The notes: generated by a model from the sequence alone, not told the origin. DNA of 64,000 nucleotides from an uncultured Gemmatimonadales bacterium (GCA_963708135.1 OY970192.1:96001-160000), one strand, 5' to 3'. Numbered from the stretch's first letter, positions 52,037-63,807 are shown. Made by a program: numbers and translations.

Positions 52037-52324
52037 TCAGCCCACGATCTGCTTGCGGGGGACCAGGGGCTTCGAGTCGGAGAGGCGCTCCATGAACTGG
52101 AGGCGGTCCTCGATGCGGTCCATCCGGCTGTCGAGCTGCTCGAGCACCGTGTTGATCCGCGTCCACTGCGCGTCGGAGAGCTGCGAGGCGGCACCGCCCT
52201 GCGCGAGGCTGGTGCGCTCGCGCGCGAGCGCCTCCAGCAGCACGCCCAGGCGCTTCGTGACCGGCCGCAGGATCGCCACCGCGGCCACGGAGAGGAAGAA
52301 GAAGATCGGGACGAGCGCGTCCAT
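52037..52324 (-). CDS. Small single-TM coiled-coil hypothetical protein (PspB-like layout)
   Basis: N-terminal TM segment, then LDSRMDRIEDRLQFMERL. AAGGA RBS. Confidence 0.7.
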   Translation of the reverse strand: MDALVPIFFFLSVAAVAILRPVTKRLGVLLEALARERTSLAQGGAASQLSDAQWTRINTVLEQLDSRMDRIEDRLQFMERLSDSKPLVPRKQIVG

Positions 52325-52405
52325 GGCGTACCGTTCCTTTGCCGGGTCGACCTGCCCGGACCCTACGCGCCGCCCCCCGCGCGGGTTTCGCAGGCCGGTC
52401 CGCGC

Positions 52406-52846
52406 TCACGCCTCCGGGTCGATGAGGTCGAGTCCCGTGGTCTCATCCTTCCGCCGTCGCAGCGCTGCCGGGTCCTCCGTGAGCATCAACTCCAGCGTCG
52501 GCCGGACGTGCGCCTCCAGCAGGTGCCCGCCCATGGCGCTGCCGTCGCGGCGGGCCACGACCACGTGCGCGTGGACCATGGCCGAGCCGTCCTCCTTGCG
52601 CGCCACGTTGCCGACGAGGGAGACCACCTCGACCTGCTCATCGACGGGGTTCTCCTCGTAGCTCCTGGTGTCCCAGTTCCAGTAGCCGAGCTTCGCATCC
52701 CGGAAGGCCCCCAGGGCCGTGAAGTGGGCGCCGTCGAGGTCGTTCTCCTCGGCGAAGCGGGTGAGGGTGTCGTTCACCTCGTCGCCGATCTCGAAGATGA
52801 GCGCGTAGGTGCGCTCCGTGCCACTGTCGAGCAGCTTGGACTTCAT
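52406..52846 (-). CDS. DUF296 / PPC domain protein
   Basis: EVVSLVGNV, HAHVVV and GGHL motifs. ATGA overlap. Confidence 0.88.
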   Translation of the reverse strand: MKSKLLDSGTERTYALIFEIGDEVNDTLTRFAEENDLDGAHFTALGAFRDAKLGYWNWDTRSYEENPVDEQVEVVSLVGNVARKEDGSAMVHAHVVVARRDGSAMGGHLLEAHVRPTLELMLTEDPAALRRRKDETTGLDLIDPEA

Positions 52847-55800
52847 CGGTCCTTCCCGTTCCTCTTCATCAGCCAGGTGATCCCGCCCGCCAGGGCGAGC
52901 GTCGCGCCGACGCCGATGGCGAGGGCGGCGGGGGAGCGCGTCGAGCGCCGCACCTGCGGCGGCGTGAGCCGGTCGAGGCGCCGCTCGGGCGGCTCGCCGG
53001 CCGCGGGCAGGCGCTGCCGGTTCATGCCGAGCCGGATCAGCTCGGCCAGGTGAAGCGGACGGCGTCCGGCGCCCTCCATCACCTGCTCGCGGCAGCTGAA
53101 GCCGTCCGCCACCAGCACGGTGTCGCGGTCGGCGTTCCGGGCGGCGGGGAGCAGCACCTGCTCGCCGATGGCCATGGAGACGTCGTAGTGGCCCTGCTCG
53201 AACCCGAAGGAGCCGGCCAGTCCGCAGCAGCCCGACTGGAGCTCCTCGAAATCGAGGCCGAGCGCGTTCAGCACCTTCTTCTCCGGGCCCATCTTCATGA
53301 TGGCCTTGTGGTGGCAGTGCCCGTGCACGATGGCGCGCATCCCCTCCATGTTCGGGAGCGAGAAGCTCTCGGGCGCACGCTCCGTCAGGAACTCGGCCAG
53401 CGTGCAGGTCTGGTCGCGCAGGCGCTTGGCGTCCTCGTCGTGCGGGAGCATGCCGATCAACTCGTCGCGGAATACGGAGGTGCAGCTCGGCTCGAGCCCC
53501 ACGACGCGCACGCCGGAACGGATGGCGGGGCGCAGCTCGTCCACAATGCGCTCGAGAAACCGCTTCGCCAGGTCGAGCATGCCGTAGTCGTAGAGGGGGC
53601 GGCCGCAGCACAGCTGCGCCTTCGGCACGATGACCTGGAACCCGGCCGACTCGAGCACCTCCGTGGCGGCGATCAGCGTCTCGGGGAAGAAGTGGTTGTT
53701 GAAGGTGTCGGGCCAGAGGATCACGGGCACGTGCCCCTGGTTCACGGGCGCGCGCTCGCCGAACCAGTCGCGGAAGGTATGGTCGGCGAACATCGGGATC
53801 TGGCGCTCCGGCGTGATCCCGGCCACCGCGTGCGCGACTCGCTTGAGCCCGGGCGCGTGGGTGAGGAAGTTGACCAGGCGCGGGATCCGCTTCGCGATGC
53901 GCGCCCACACCATGATCAGCCCGAAGGCGTAGGCGTAGCGGGGGCGTAGCCGCCCCTCGTAGTAGTGCGAGAGGAACTCGGCCTTGTAGGTGGCGATGTC
54001 CACGTTCACGGGGCAGTCGCCCTTGCACCCCTTGCACGCGAGACACAGGTCGAGCGAGTCCTTCACCTCCTCGCTCTTCCAGCCGTCCGTGATCACCTCG
54101 CCCTGGAGCATCTCGAAGAGCAGGTGGGCGCGGCCGCGCGTCGTGTCCTTCTCCTCCATCGTCACCTGATAGCTCGGGCACATCGTTCCGCCGCCCTTGC
54201 GCCGGCACTTGCCCACGCCCACGCAGCGCAGCGTCGCGTGCGCGAAGCTGCCCTGGTCCTGTGGGAAGCTGAAGTGCGTCTCCGGCGTCCACGGCGCGTA
54301 GTCCTCGCCCAGCCGCAGGTTCTGCACGCGCGCGTACGGGTCCACGACCTTGCCGGGGTTCATCTTCCAGTCGGGGTCCCAGGTGCGCTTGAAGTCGCGG
54401 AACGCCTGCACCAGCCGGGGCCCGTACATGACATCGAGCAGGTCGCCGCGCGCCTGGCCGTCGCCGTGCTCGCCGGAGAGCGAGCCGCCGTACTTGTGGA
54501 CGACGAGCTCGGCCGCCTCGCGGGTGAACGCCTGATAGCGCTCGATGCCGTCGGCGGAGGTCAGGTCGAAGTCGATGCGCGTGTGGATGCAGCCCTGCCC
54601 GAAGTGGCCGTAGAGCGAGCACTGGTAGCCGTACTTGTCGAAGAGCTGGCGCAGGTCGCGCAGGTACGGCGCGACGCTGTCCACCGGCACGGCGGAGTCC
54701 TCCCAGCCCGGCCAGGTGTCGGGGTCGCCCGGGATGAACGCGGTCGCGCCGAGCCCGGACTCGCGCACCTCCCAGACCTTCGACTCCTTCTCGTCGTCGT
54801 CGTAGAGGCGCATGGCGGGCGGGTTCTTCTCCGCCTCCAACGCGGCCATGCAGGCGCGGGCGCTGGTGTCCGCCTCCTCCTTGGTGTCGCCGCGAAACTC
54901 GACCAGCAGCCAGCCGTTGCCGTCGGGGAGCAGGTCGAGGTCCTCCACCCGCAGCCCCTTCTCCTTCATGTCGTTGATGAGGTTGTCGTCGATGCCCTCG
55001 AGCCCGATCGGCTTGAAGTCGCGGATGCGGGTCACGTGGCTCGCGGCGTCGTAGACATCGTCGTAGCCCATGACCACCAGGCTGCGCGCGCGCGGGTTCT
55101 CAATGAGCGTGACCCTGGCCTCCAGCACGAAGACGCACGTGCCCTCGGTGCCGACCAGCGCGCGCGCCACGTTGAAGCCGTTCTCCGGCAGCAGCCAGTA
55201 CAGGTTGTAGCCCGAGACGCGGCGCAGGATGTCAGGATAGCCGGTGCGGATGTCCTCGGCGTAGCGGTCGCGCAGGTCGCGCAGGTCGCGGTAGATCTCG
55301 CCCTTCCGCCCGCCCGCGGCGATGATGCGCTCGAGCTCGTCCTCCGCGGTGGGGCCGACCCTCATGCGCACGCCGTCGTAGGTCAGCACCTCGAGCTCGA
55401 GCACCTGGTGCTCGGTGCGCGGGCCGGGCCCGTAGAACTCGGCCATGACCGAGTGGATGCCGCACGAGTTGTTGCCGATCATGCCGCCCAGCACGCAATG
55501 GTTGTGCGTGGCCGGATCCGGCCCGTAGGTGAGGCCGTGCTCGCCCGCCGCGTCGCGCAGGTCGTCCAGGATCGTGCCCGGCTGCACGCGCGCCCAGCGC
55601 TCCTTCGCGTTCACCTCCAGCACGTCGTTCACGTATTTCGAGGTGTCGATCACCACGGCATGGTTGCAGCACTGGCCGCCCAGGCTGGTGCCGCCGCCGC
55701 GCGGCAGCACGGGCGCGCCATGGCGGTGCGCGATCCGGACGGCCTCGACGATGTCCTCCACATCGCGCGGCAGCACCACGCCGATCGGCGGCTGGCGGTA

Positions 55801-55983
55801 GTTCGAGGCGTCCGCGGCCCACAGCGCACGGTCGCCGTCGCCGAAGCGGACTTCGCCGCGCAGCGTGGCCGAGAGCTCCGCCTCGAGCGCGGCGACATCG
55901 ACCTCGGCCGCGCCGGCCCGGGGCGCCGGGCCCACGCCCAGCATCCGCCCGCGCCGCCGCTGGGCCGCCCCGGGGAGGCTCAT
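52843..55983 (-). CDS. FAD-binding and Fe-S-binding oxidoreductase (YdiJ / fused D-lactate/glycolate dehydrogenase-like)
   Basis: DASNY, RGGGTS, GGMIGNNSCG, GTEG, SGEHGDG, CVGVGKC, CLACKGCKGDCP and two CCG domains. Confidence 0.92.
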   Translation of the reverse strand: MSLPGAAQRRRGRMLGVGPAPRAGAAEVDVAALEAELSATLRGEVRFGDGDRALWAADASNYRQPPIGVVLPRDVEDIVEAVRIAHRHGAPVLPRGGGTSLGGQCCNHAVVIDTSKYVNDVLEVNAKERWARVQPGTILDDLRDAAGEHGLTYGPDPATHNHCVLGGMIGNNSCGIHSVMAEFYGPGPRTEHQVLELEVLTYDGVRMRVGPTAEDELERIIAAGGRKGEIYRDLRDLRDRYAEDIRTGYPDILRRVSGYNLYWLLPENGFNVARALVGTEGTCVFVLEARVTLIENPRARSLVVMGYDDVYDAASHVTRIRDFKPIGLEGIDDNLINDMKEKGLRVEDLDLLPDGNGWLLVEFRGDTKEEADTSARACMAALEAEKNPPAMRLYDDDEKESKVWEVRESGLGATAFIPGDPDTWPGWEDSAVPVDSVAPYLRDLRQLFDKYGYQCSLYGHFGQGCIHTRIDFDLTSADGIERYQAFTREAAELVVHKYGGSLSGEHGDGQARGDLLDVMYGPRLVQAFRDFKRTWDPDWKMNPGKVVDPYARVQNLRLGEDYAPWTPETHFSFPQDQGSFAHATLRCVGVGKCRRKGGGTMCPSYQVTMEEKDTTRGRAHLLFEMLQGEVITDGWKSEEVKDSLDLCLACKGCKGDCPVNVDIATYKAEFLSHYYEGRLRPRYAYAFGLIMVWARIAKRIPRLVNFLTHAPGLKRVAHAVAGITPERQIPMFADHTFRDWFGERAPVNQGHVPVILWPDTFNNHFFPETLIAATEVLESAGFQVIVPKAQLCCGRPLYDYGMLDLAKRFLERIVDELRPAIRSGVRVVGLEPSCTSVFRDELIGMLPHDEDAKRLRDQTCTLAEFLTERAPESFSLPNMEGMRAIVHGHCHHKAIMKMGPEKKVLNALGLDFEELQSGCCGLAGSFGFEQGHYDVSMAIGEQVLLPAARNADRDTVLVADGFSCREQVMEGAGRRPLHLAELIRLGMNRQRLPAAGEPPERRLDRLTPPQVRRSTRSPAALAIGVGATLALAGGITWLMKRNGKDR

Positions 55984-57782
55984 CAGGACTCCTCCCCGCC
56001 GCCGTGGGGGAGGTAGCTCTCGACCATGTCCTTGGTGGACTGCTTCAGCACGCGCCAGCGGTGCGGGTCGCCCTTGGCCATGGAAACCACGAAGCCGCGG
56101 GCCTGCTTGAAGGTGATGTGCGGCGGCAGCGGCGGAACCTCGGGGTCCGTGGTCACGGCGACGACGCACGGCCGGTCCGCGGCGAGCGCCTCGCGCAGCC
56201 CGGGCCCGATGTCGGCGGGCTTCTCGATCGAGATGCCCTTGAGGCCGAGCCGCTCGGCGAAGCCGGCGAAGTCCACGTAGGGCAGATCCTGCGAGCCCTC
56301 GAACTTCGGGTCGCCGGACATGACGCGCTGCTCCCAGGTGACCTGGTTCAGGTCCAGGTTGACCAGGATCACGATCATGAGTCGCGGGTCCTTCCACGTC
56401 TTCCAGTACTTGGCGATGGTGATCAGCCCGTTGATGCCGTTCATCTGCATGGCGCCGTCGCCGACACAGGCGATGACGGGGCGGTCCGGGTGCGCGAACT
56501 TGGCGCCGATCGAATACGGCACGCCGGGCCCCATGGTGGCCAGGTTGCCGGAGAGCGAGGCCATCATGCCGCGCCGGACCTTCAGGTCGCGCGCCCACCA
56601 GTTGGCGGCCGAGCCGGAGTCGGAGGCCAGGATCGCGTCGTCGGGGAGCAGCGGACTGAGCTCCCAGAAGACGCGCTGCGGGTTGATCGGGTCGGCGCTG
56701 TTCATCGCGCGCGCCTCCAGCACCTCCCACCAGTCCTTCACTCCGCCCTCGATCTTGTCGCGCCAGGAGCGGTCCTCCTTCCGGTCGAGCATCGGGACGA
56801 GCGCGCGCAGCGTCGGGGCGGCGTCGCCGCACAGGTTCACGTCCATCGGGAAGCGCAGCCCCAGCATGCGCGGCTTGATGTCGATCTGCACGCCCTTCGC
56901 CTGCCCCTCCTGCGGCAGGAACTCCGCGTAGGGGAAGCCGGAGCCGATCATGAACAGCGTGTCGCAGTCCATCATCAGGTCCCAACTCGGCTTCGTGCCC
57001 AGCAGCCCGATGGCGCCCGTGCAGTAGGGCAGCGCATCCGGGATCACCGCCTTGCCGAGCAGCGCCTTGGCGACGCCGGCGCCGAGAAGCTCGGCGACCT
57101 CCTCCACCTCCCTCGAGGCGCCGAGGGCGCCCGCGCCGACCAGCATCGCCACCTTCTGCCCCTGGTTCAGGATGTCCGCCGCGCGGCGCAGGTCCGCCTC
57201 TTCAGGCACCACGCGCGGGAAGGAGTAGCCAACCCCCGTGAAGGTGTTGCCGTGCGCGCGGCTCGGCTCCGTGTAATCCATCTCCTGCACGTCGTTCGGG
57301 AAGATGATCGTCGTGACGCAGCGCTCGGCCTTGGCAATGCGGATGGCGCGGTCCACCAGCTGGCGCGCCTGCGCGGGCGTCGAGCACATGTGCACGTACG
57401 GGCCCGCGACATCCTTGAAGAGCGAGATCAGGTCCACCTCCTGCTGGTAGTCCGCGCCCAGCGCCGTGGTGGCCTGCTGGCCCACGATGGCGACGACGGA
57501 CTGGTGGTCCATCTTCGCGTCGTAGAGGCCGTTCAGCAGGTGGATCGCGCCCGGGCCCGACGTGGCCATGCACACGCCGACCTCGCCCGAGAACTTCGAG
57601 TGGGCGCACGCCTGGAAGGCCGCCAGCTCCTCGTGCCGCGGCTGTACGAACTGGATGGCGTCGCCGGCCCGCTCGATGGCGCCGATGATCCCGTTGATCC
57701 CGTCGCCGGGGTAGCCGAAGATGCGGTGGATGCCCCACTGCTGGAGGCGCTCGATGACGAAGTCGCCGACGGTCTGGCCCAT
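55983..57782 (-). CDS. Thiamine pyrophosphate-requiring enzyme (pyruvate oxidase-like)
   Basis: GYPGDG, RHEE, TSGPGAIHLLNGLYDA, SGNLATMG and TPP motif GDGAMQMNG..N. Confidence 0.92.
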   Translation of the reverse strand: MGQTVGDFVIERLQQWGIHRIFGYPGDGINGIIGAIERAGDAIQFVQPRHEELAAFQACAHSKFSGEVGVCMATSGPGAIHLLNGLYDAKMDHQSVVAIVGQQATTALGADYQQEVDLISLFKDVAGPYVHMCSTPAQARQLVDRAIRIAKAERCVTTIIFPNDVQEMDYTEPSRAHGNTFTGVGYSFPRVVPEEADLRRAADILNQGQKVAMLVGAGALGASREVEEVAELLGAGVAKALLGKAVIPDALPYCTGAIGLLGTKPSWDLMMDCDTLFMIGSGFPYAEFLPQEGQAKGVQIDIKPRMLGLRFPMDVNLCGDAAPTLRALVPMLDRKEDRSWRDKIEGGVKDWWEVLEARAMNSADPINPQRVFWELSPLLPDDAILASDSGSAANWWARDLKVRRGMMASLSGNLATMGPGVPYSIGAKFAHPDRPVIACVGDGAMQMNGINGLITIAKYWKTWKDPRLMIVILVNLDLNQVTWEQRVMSGDPKFEGSQDLPYVDFAGFAERLGLKGISIEKPADIGPGLREALAADRPCVVAVTTDPEVPPLPPHITFKQARGFVVSMAKGDPHRWRVLKQSTKDMVESYLPHGGGEES

Positions 57783-57839
57783 GGGTTCTCCTCTTCCCTG
57801 ATTCGCCGCAGATCCCTGGTTCGCGTCTGTTCCATCGTC

Positions 57840-57854
57840 GCATCCCCTGTGCCA
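57840..57854 (-). promoter_or_regulatory. Putative sigma54 promoter of the TPP-enzyme operon
   Basis: Minus strand TGGCAC-AGGGG-ATGC (GG-N10-GC), about 58 bp upstream of the ATG. Confidence 0.55.
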
Positions 57855-57927
57855 TGGATCCCTGGCTCGGATGCGGATCGGCCGGCCCGTCCTGCGCCCC
57901 GGACGCGGCCGCGCGCGCGGCGACCAT

Positions 57928-57943
57928 CGGATCGCTTCTTGCA
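57928..57943 (+). promoter_or_regulatory. Possible sigma54 promoter of the act operon
   Basis: CGGATC-GCTTC-TTGCA (GG-N10-GC with a canonical TTGCA -12 element, weak -24 element). Confidence 0.4.
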
Positions 57944-58039
57944 ATCCGGCAGCGCCGCCTCGAATGGACATTGAAGAAGAAGGAGAAACGAAGGGCCCGG
58001 GCAGCGCATGGCGGCGCGCCCGCGGCGCCGAGAATCTGC

Positions 58040-58690
58040 ATGCCCCAACTATTCTCCCGCACTTCCAACTCCGCGATTCGCGTCGTCCTGTTCGTGGGCA
58101 TTGTCGGTGCGCTGGCCACTCCGGTCATCCTCATGGGCTGGGCCCGCACGCCGTACTACACGGGGCAGGATGATCCCGTCGAGCAGCCGATCCCCTTCGA
58201 CCACCGGCACCACGTCCGCGACGACGGCATCGACTGCATGTACTGCCACTACCTGGCGAAGAGCACGCCGTACGCGGGCGTCCCGCCGACCTCCGTCTGC
58301 CTCAACTGCCACGCCCAGATCTGGAGCCAGTCGGCCTTCCTGCAGCCGGTGTGGAACAGCTACCTGACCGGCCGGCCGATTCGCTGGCGGCGGATCAACA
58401 GCGTGCCGGACTTCGTCTACTTCGACCACTCGATCCACGTGCGGAAGGGCGTCGGCTGCGAGACGTGCCACGGGCGGGTCGATCTGATGGGCCGCGTCTA
58501 CCAGGCCAGGCCTCTGAACATGGGGTGGTGCCTGGAGTGCCACCGTGACCCGGCCAAGTACCTGCGGCCGGTCGAGGATGTGACGGAGATGGGCTACGAG
58601 CCAGCGCGGCCCCAGTCCGTGCTGGGGCCCATGCTGATGAAGAAATACAACGTACGGAGCAGGACCGACTGCACGACGTGTCACCGCTGA
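58040..58690 (+). CDS. actA: Alternative complex III pentaheme cytochrome c subunit
   Basis: One TM segment, QPIPFDHRHH, five CxxCH motifs, PDFVYFDH, LNMGWC. Confidence 0.93.
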   Translation: MPQLFSRTSNSAIRVVLFVGIVGALATPVILMGWARTPYYTGQDDPVEQPIPFDHRHHVRDDGIDCMYCHYLAKSTPYAGVPPTSVCLNCHAQIWSQSAFLQPVWNSYLTGRPIRWRRINSVPDFVYFDHSIHVRKGVGCETCHGRVDLMGRVYQARPLNMGWCLECHRDPAKYLRPVEDVTEMGYEPARPQSVLGPMLMKKYNVRSRTDCTTCHR

Positions 58691-58700
58691 GGTGGAGCCA

Positions 58701-61700
58701 ATGGGGGACGTGAGGGAGGACTGGAAAGAGGCGCTGGACGGCAAGCACCGGGAGGCGTACTGGCGTGGTCTCGACGAGCTGCTGAAGAGTCCGGACTTCC
58801 GGGAGCGCGCCCGCCGGGAGTTCCCGCCGGGGGTGGACGAGAGCCTGGTCCAGCTGGACGGCTTCTCGCGCCGCACGTTCCTCAAGCTGCTGGGCGCGAG
58901 CATGGCGCTCGCGGGCGTGGCGGGCTGCGCGCAGGCCCCGCGCGACGACATCCTGCCCTACGTCAAGCAGCCGCCCGAGCTGCGTCCCGGCGACGCGCTG
59001 CACTACGCCACCACCATGACGCTCGCCGGCTACGGCACGGGCCTCCTCGTGGAGGGCCATGCCGGCAGGCCGACCAAGGTCGAGGGCAACCCGGAGCACC
59101 CCGCGAGCCTCGGCGCCGCCGGCGTCTTCGAGCAGGCGTCCGTGCTCCAGCTCTACAACCCGCGGCGCGCGCGCGGCATCCGCCGCGACACGGACCCCGC
59201 GCTGTGGAGCGACTTCGCCCGCGCCCTCTCGACGGGAGGCGGGCCGGGGGCCGGCACCGGCCTGCACTTCCTGCTCGAGCCGACGGCCTCGCCGCTGCAC
59301 GCCGCGCTCATCGGGAGGATCCGCGCCCGCCTGCCCGGCGCCCGCTTCCACTTCTACGCGCCGCTCTCGCCGAACCACGCGTGGGAGGGCGCGCGCGCCG
59401 CCGTGGGCCAGCCGCTCCAGCCGGTCTACGCCTTCGACCGCGCGGCCGTCGTGCTCTCGCTGGACGCGGACTTCATGGCCTCGGGTCCCTATCACCTGCG
59501 CTACGCTCGCGACTTCGCCGACGGCCGCCGCATAGCGGGGCCCGACGCGACCATGAACCGGCTCTACCAGGCGGAGTCGATGCTCACGCCCACGGGCACC
59601 ATGGCCGACCACCGGCTGCGCCTCCGCACCGGCGAGGTGCCGGCGCTGGCCGCCGCCGTGCTGGCCGCGCTCGGCGGCGCGGGCGCCGGCGTCCCCGCCA
59701 CGCTCGGCGCCGCGCTGCAGCGATTCCGCGCCGCCCCGCGCGCGGCGGAATGGGTGCGCGCCTGTGCCCACGATCTTGCCGCCGCGCGCGGCCGGGGCCT
59801 CGTGGTGGCGGGCGAGCGCCAGCCGCCGGTGGTCCACGCGCTCGCGCACGCCATGAACGCCGCGCTCGGCAGCATCGGCGGCACCGTCCGCTACGTCCCG
59901 TCGCCGCTCGTCAATGCCGGCCAGGCGAGCCACGGCCTCGAGGCGCTGGTGGGCGAGCTCCGCGCCGGACAGGTCGACACGCTCGTCGTGCTCGAGGGCA
60001 ATCCGGCGTACGCGGCGCCCGCGGACCTCGAGGTGGGTCAGGCGCTCGGACGCGCGCGCCGCGTCGCCTACGTGGGCCTCTTCGAGAACGAGACCGCCGC
60101 GCACGCGCACTGGTTCATCCCCGCCAGGCACTACCTCGAGACGTGGGGCGACGCCCGCGCCTACGATGGCACCGCCTCCATCGTGCAGCCGCTGATCCGT
60201 CCGATGTACGGCGGCCGGTCCGTGGCCGAGGTGCTGGCGTTCTTCGCAGGCGAGCCGGAGGCCACCGACTACGCGCTCGTGCGCGGCCTGTGGCGGCAGG
60301 GCCGCGGGGGCTCCGCCTCCGACGCGTACTGGGACGAGGCGCTGCAGCACGGGATCCTGCCCGAGCAGGGCAGCGGGGGCGGGGGTGCAGCGGCGGGAGT
60401 CAGCGGCGGGCCCGGGCAGGCCGCGGCGGCGCCGTCGCCGGCGGGGCAGGGGAGCGTCGCCTGGGATGCCATCGGCCGCGCGCTCCAGGGAGTGGCGAGC
60501 GAGCCGCCGCGGAAGGGCGCCGTCGAGGTGACCCTGCGCGGTGATCCCGGCGTCTACGACGGCCGCTTCGCGGACAACGCGTGGCTCCAGGAGCTGCCGG
60601 ACCCGATGACGAAGGTGACCTGGGACAACGCGGCGGTGCTCGGCCCGAAGACCGCGGACGCCTTCGGTGTCGCCACGGATGACGTGGTCGAGCTCGACGC
60701 GGGCGGACGCAAGCTCCGGCTGCCGGTGTTCGTGCTGCCCGGGCACGCGGACAATGCGGTGACGGTGAGCCTCGGCTACGGGCGGGACGGCGCGGAGCAG
60801 CTGGCGGGCGGGATCGGCGGGAACGCCTACGCGCTCATGACCACGCGCGCGCCGTTCGCGGTGCCCGACGTCAGGCTCACGCCGGTGCTGGAGGAGCACG
60901 GCGCGCACGCGAAGCACGTGCTGGCGACGACGCAGACGCACTGGGCCATGCACGGCCGGCCGATCGTGCTCGGCGCCACGCTCGGCGAGTACCGCGCGAA
61001 GCCGGATTTCACGAAGGAGCATCGCGGCCCCGTCGCCGAGCTCTACGATTCGTTCGCGTACAAGAGTGGCGACCAGTGGGCGATGAACGTGGACCTCTCG
61101 CTGTGCAGCGGCTGCAACGCGTGCGTGGTGGCGTGCCAGGCGGAGAACAACATCCCGGTGGTCGGGCGGGTGGGCGTGCACAACCGGCGCGAGATGTACT
61201 GGTTGCGCATCGACCGCTACTTCAGCGGCGGGGCGGAGGACCCGGACGTGGTGATGCAGCCGATGCTGTGCCAGCACTGCGAGACGGCGCCGTGCGAGTA
61301 CGTCTGCCCGGTGAACGCCACGGTGCACAGCTCGGACGGGCTGAACGAGAATGATCTACAACCGCTGCGTCGGCACCCGCTTCTGCAACAACAACTGCCC
61401 CTACAAGGTGCGCCGCTTCAACTGGTTCGACTACAACCAGAACAAGCCCGAGTCCGAGAAGCTGGAGGAGAACCCGGACGTGACCGTGCGCGAGCGCGGC
61501 GTCATGGAGAAGTGCACCTACTGCGTGCAGCGGATCCGGCGCGCGCAGATCCGGGCGCAGGAGGAGAACCGCGAGCTCGGGGCGGGCGAGGTGTGGACGG
61601 CGTGCCAGCAGGCGTGTCCCACGCGCGCGCTGACCTTCGGCTCGCTCACGAACCCGGAGGCGGATGTGGTGAAGCAGCGGCGCGACCCCCGCCTCTACGC

Positions 61701-61842
61701 GGTGCTGCACGACCTGGGCACGCGGCCGCGCACGATGTACCTGGCGCGCATCGCGAACCCGAACCCCGCGCTGAAGAAGACCTCGGCCGGCCGCTCCGTG
61801 GAGCAGCTCGAGGGCGAGCAGAACACGCGCGAGGAGTACTAG
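58701..61842 (+). CDS. actB: Alternative complex III ActB (molybdopterin-oxidoreductase-like plus Fe-S domain), frameshifted near 61350
   Basis: YWRGLDEL, Tat [36 protein letters not shown] and [14 protein letters not shown]. Continues in another frame as [33 protein letters not shown]. Confidence 0.92.
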
Positions 61843-61843
61843 C

Positions 61844-63250
61844 GTGAGCGAGGCCGTCCGCTACCACGAGAAGCCGGCGCCGGGCCGGAGCTATGCGCGC
61901 AGCTTCGGCGAGCACCCGATCCTGCTCGGCCGGCCCGGCTACGGCGAGCTCGGCGCCGAGCTGATCGACCCGGTGCTCAGCCCCACCCGCAAATGGTGGC
62001 TCCTCTTCCTCCCCGCGCTGGCCGGCACCGGGCTGTTCGTGCTCCTCGTGAGCTACACGGTCATCACCGGGATCGGCGTCTGGGGCAACAACATCCCGGT
62101 CGCGTGGGGCTTCGCCATCATCAACTTCGTCTGGTGGATCGGGATCGGCCACGCGGGCACCTTCATCTCCGCGTTCCTGCTCCTGCTCGAGCAGCAGTGG
62201 CGCACCTCGATCAACCGGCTCGCCGAGGCGATGACCCTCTTCGCGCTCGTGCAGGCGGCGCTCTTCCCGATGATGCACCTCGGCCGCCCCTGGTTCGGCT
62301 ACTGGCTGATCCCGTACCCGGCCACCATGGGCGTGTGGCCCAATTTCAAGAGCTCGCTGCCCTGGGACGCCGCCGCGGTCTTCACCTACTTCACCATCTC
62401 GCTGCTCTTCTGGTACCTCGGCCTCGTGCCGGACCTCGCGGAGGCCCGCGACCGCTGCGTCTCGCGCGTGAAGAAGAAGCTCTACGGCATCTTCGCCCTC
62501 GGCTGGCGCGGCTCCGCGCGCCACTGGCACCACTACGAGTTCGCCTACGGCATCCTGGCCGGCCTGGCCACGCCGCTCGTGATCTCCGTCCACAGCGTGG
62601 TCTCGCTCGACTTCGCCATCGCGCAGCTGCCCGGCTGGCACTCGACCATCTTCCCGCCCTACTTCGTGGTCGGCGCCATCTACTCGGGGTTCGCCATGGT
62701 GCTGATCCTCGCCATCCCGATCCGCTGGATGTACGGCATCCAGAACGTCATCACCGAGAACCACCTCGACAACTGCGCCAAGCTGCTGCTCGTCATGAGC
62801 GTCTTCATGACCTACAGCTACGTGGTCGAGCCGTTCATCGCCTGGTACAGCGGCAGCCCCTACGAGCGCTACATGGCGCTGACCGCCCGCTGGACCGGCC
62901 CCTACATGGGCGTCTACTGGTTCACGATGTTCGCCAACATCGTCCCCGCCCAGCTGCTCTGGATCAAGAAGCTGCGCACCAACACCTGGTACCTCTTCAT
63001 CGCCAGCGTGCTGATCCTCACCGCGATGTGGACGGAGCGCTTCATGCTCATCGTCACCTCGCTGAACCGCGACTTCCTGCCCTCGAGCTGGCACCTGTAC
63101 TGGCCGAGCTGGGTGGACTGGGGGATCCTGACCGGCTCCATCTGCTTCTTCTTCGCCCTGTTCCTGATCTTCATCCGCTACACGCCGTTCGTGGCCGTGG
63201 CGGAGGTCAAGAAGCTCGCCTACGTGCAGCGGAAGGAGCCGATCCTGTGA
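61844..63250 (+). CDS. actC: Alternative complex III ActC (NrfD family)
   Basis: [33 protein letters not shown] and [11 protein letters not shown] motifs. Confidence 0.94.
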   Translation: MSEAVRYHEKPAPGRSYARSFGEHPILLGRPGYGELGAELIDPVLSPTRKWWLLFLPALAGTGLFVLLVSYTVITGIGVWGNNIPVAWGFAIINFVWWIGIGHAGTFISAFLLLLEQQWRTSINRLAEAMTLFALVQAALFPMMHLGRPWFGYWLIPYPATMGVWPNFKSSLPWDAAAVFTYFTISLLFWYLGLVPDLAEARDRCVSRVKKKLYGIFALGWRGSARHWHHYEFAYGILAGLATPLVISVHSVVSLDFAIAQLPGWHSTIFPPYFVVGAIYSGFAMVLILAIPIRWMYGIQNVITENHLDNCAKLLLVMSVFMTYSYVVEPFIAWYSGSPYERYMALTARWTGPYMGVYWFTMFANIVPAQLLWIKKLRTNTWYLFIASVLILTAMWTERFMLIVTSLNRDFLPSSWHLYWPSWVDWGILTGSICFFFALFLIFIRYTPFVAVAEVKKLAYVQRKEPIL

Positions 63251-63807
63251 GCCGCGTCGCCCCGCGCGAGTCGCTCCACGACGGCGTCTTCGCCGAGTTC
63301 GATGACCCGGACGAGCTGCTCCACGCCATCGAGCACGTGCGCGGCCTCGGCTATACCGACCTCGATGCCTTCACGCCGTTCCCTGTGCCCGGCGCGAGCG
63401 AGAAGCTCGGCTTCCCGCGCTCGAAGCTGCCGTGGTACGCCTTCGGCGCGGGGCTCGGCGGCGCCGTGTTCGCCTACTTCATCCAGTGGTTCACGGTGGC
63501 CTACAACTTCCCGATCAACGTCGGCAACCGGCCGCCGCACTCGCCGCCGTCGTTCGTGCCGATCACCTTCGAGACCATGGTGCTGTGGGCCGGCTGGATG
63601 GTCTTCATCGCCTTCTTCTTCTTCGTCCGACTGCCGGAGCCGTGGAACCCGGTGTTCGAGATCCCGGGCTTCGAGCGCGCCACGCAGGACCGTTTCTGGC
63701 TGGCCATCGGCAGCGCCGACCCGCGCTTCGAGGCGGAGCGCACGGCCCGGGAGCTGGAGGAGCTCGCGCCGCTGCGCGTCGTGCGGCTGGAGGGACGGGA
63801 CACGTGA
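63247..63807 (+). CDS. actD: Alternative complex III ActD (DUF3341)
   Basis: [27 protein letters not shown] and two TM segments. GTGA overlap. Confidence 0.9.
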   Translation: MSRVAPRESLHDGVFAEFDDPDELLHAIEHVRGLGYTDLDAFTPFPVPGASEKLGFPRSKLPWYAFGAGLGGAVFAYFIQWFTVAYNFPINVGNRPPHSPPSFVPITFETMVLWAGWMVFIAFFFFVRLPEPWNPVFEIPGFERATQDRFWLAIGSADPRFEAERTARELEELAPLRVVRLEGRDT

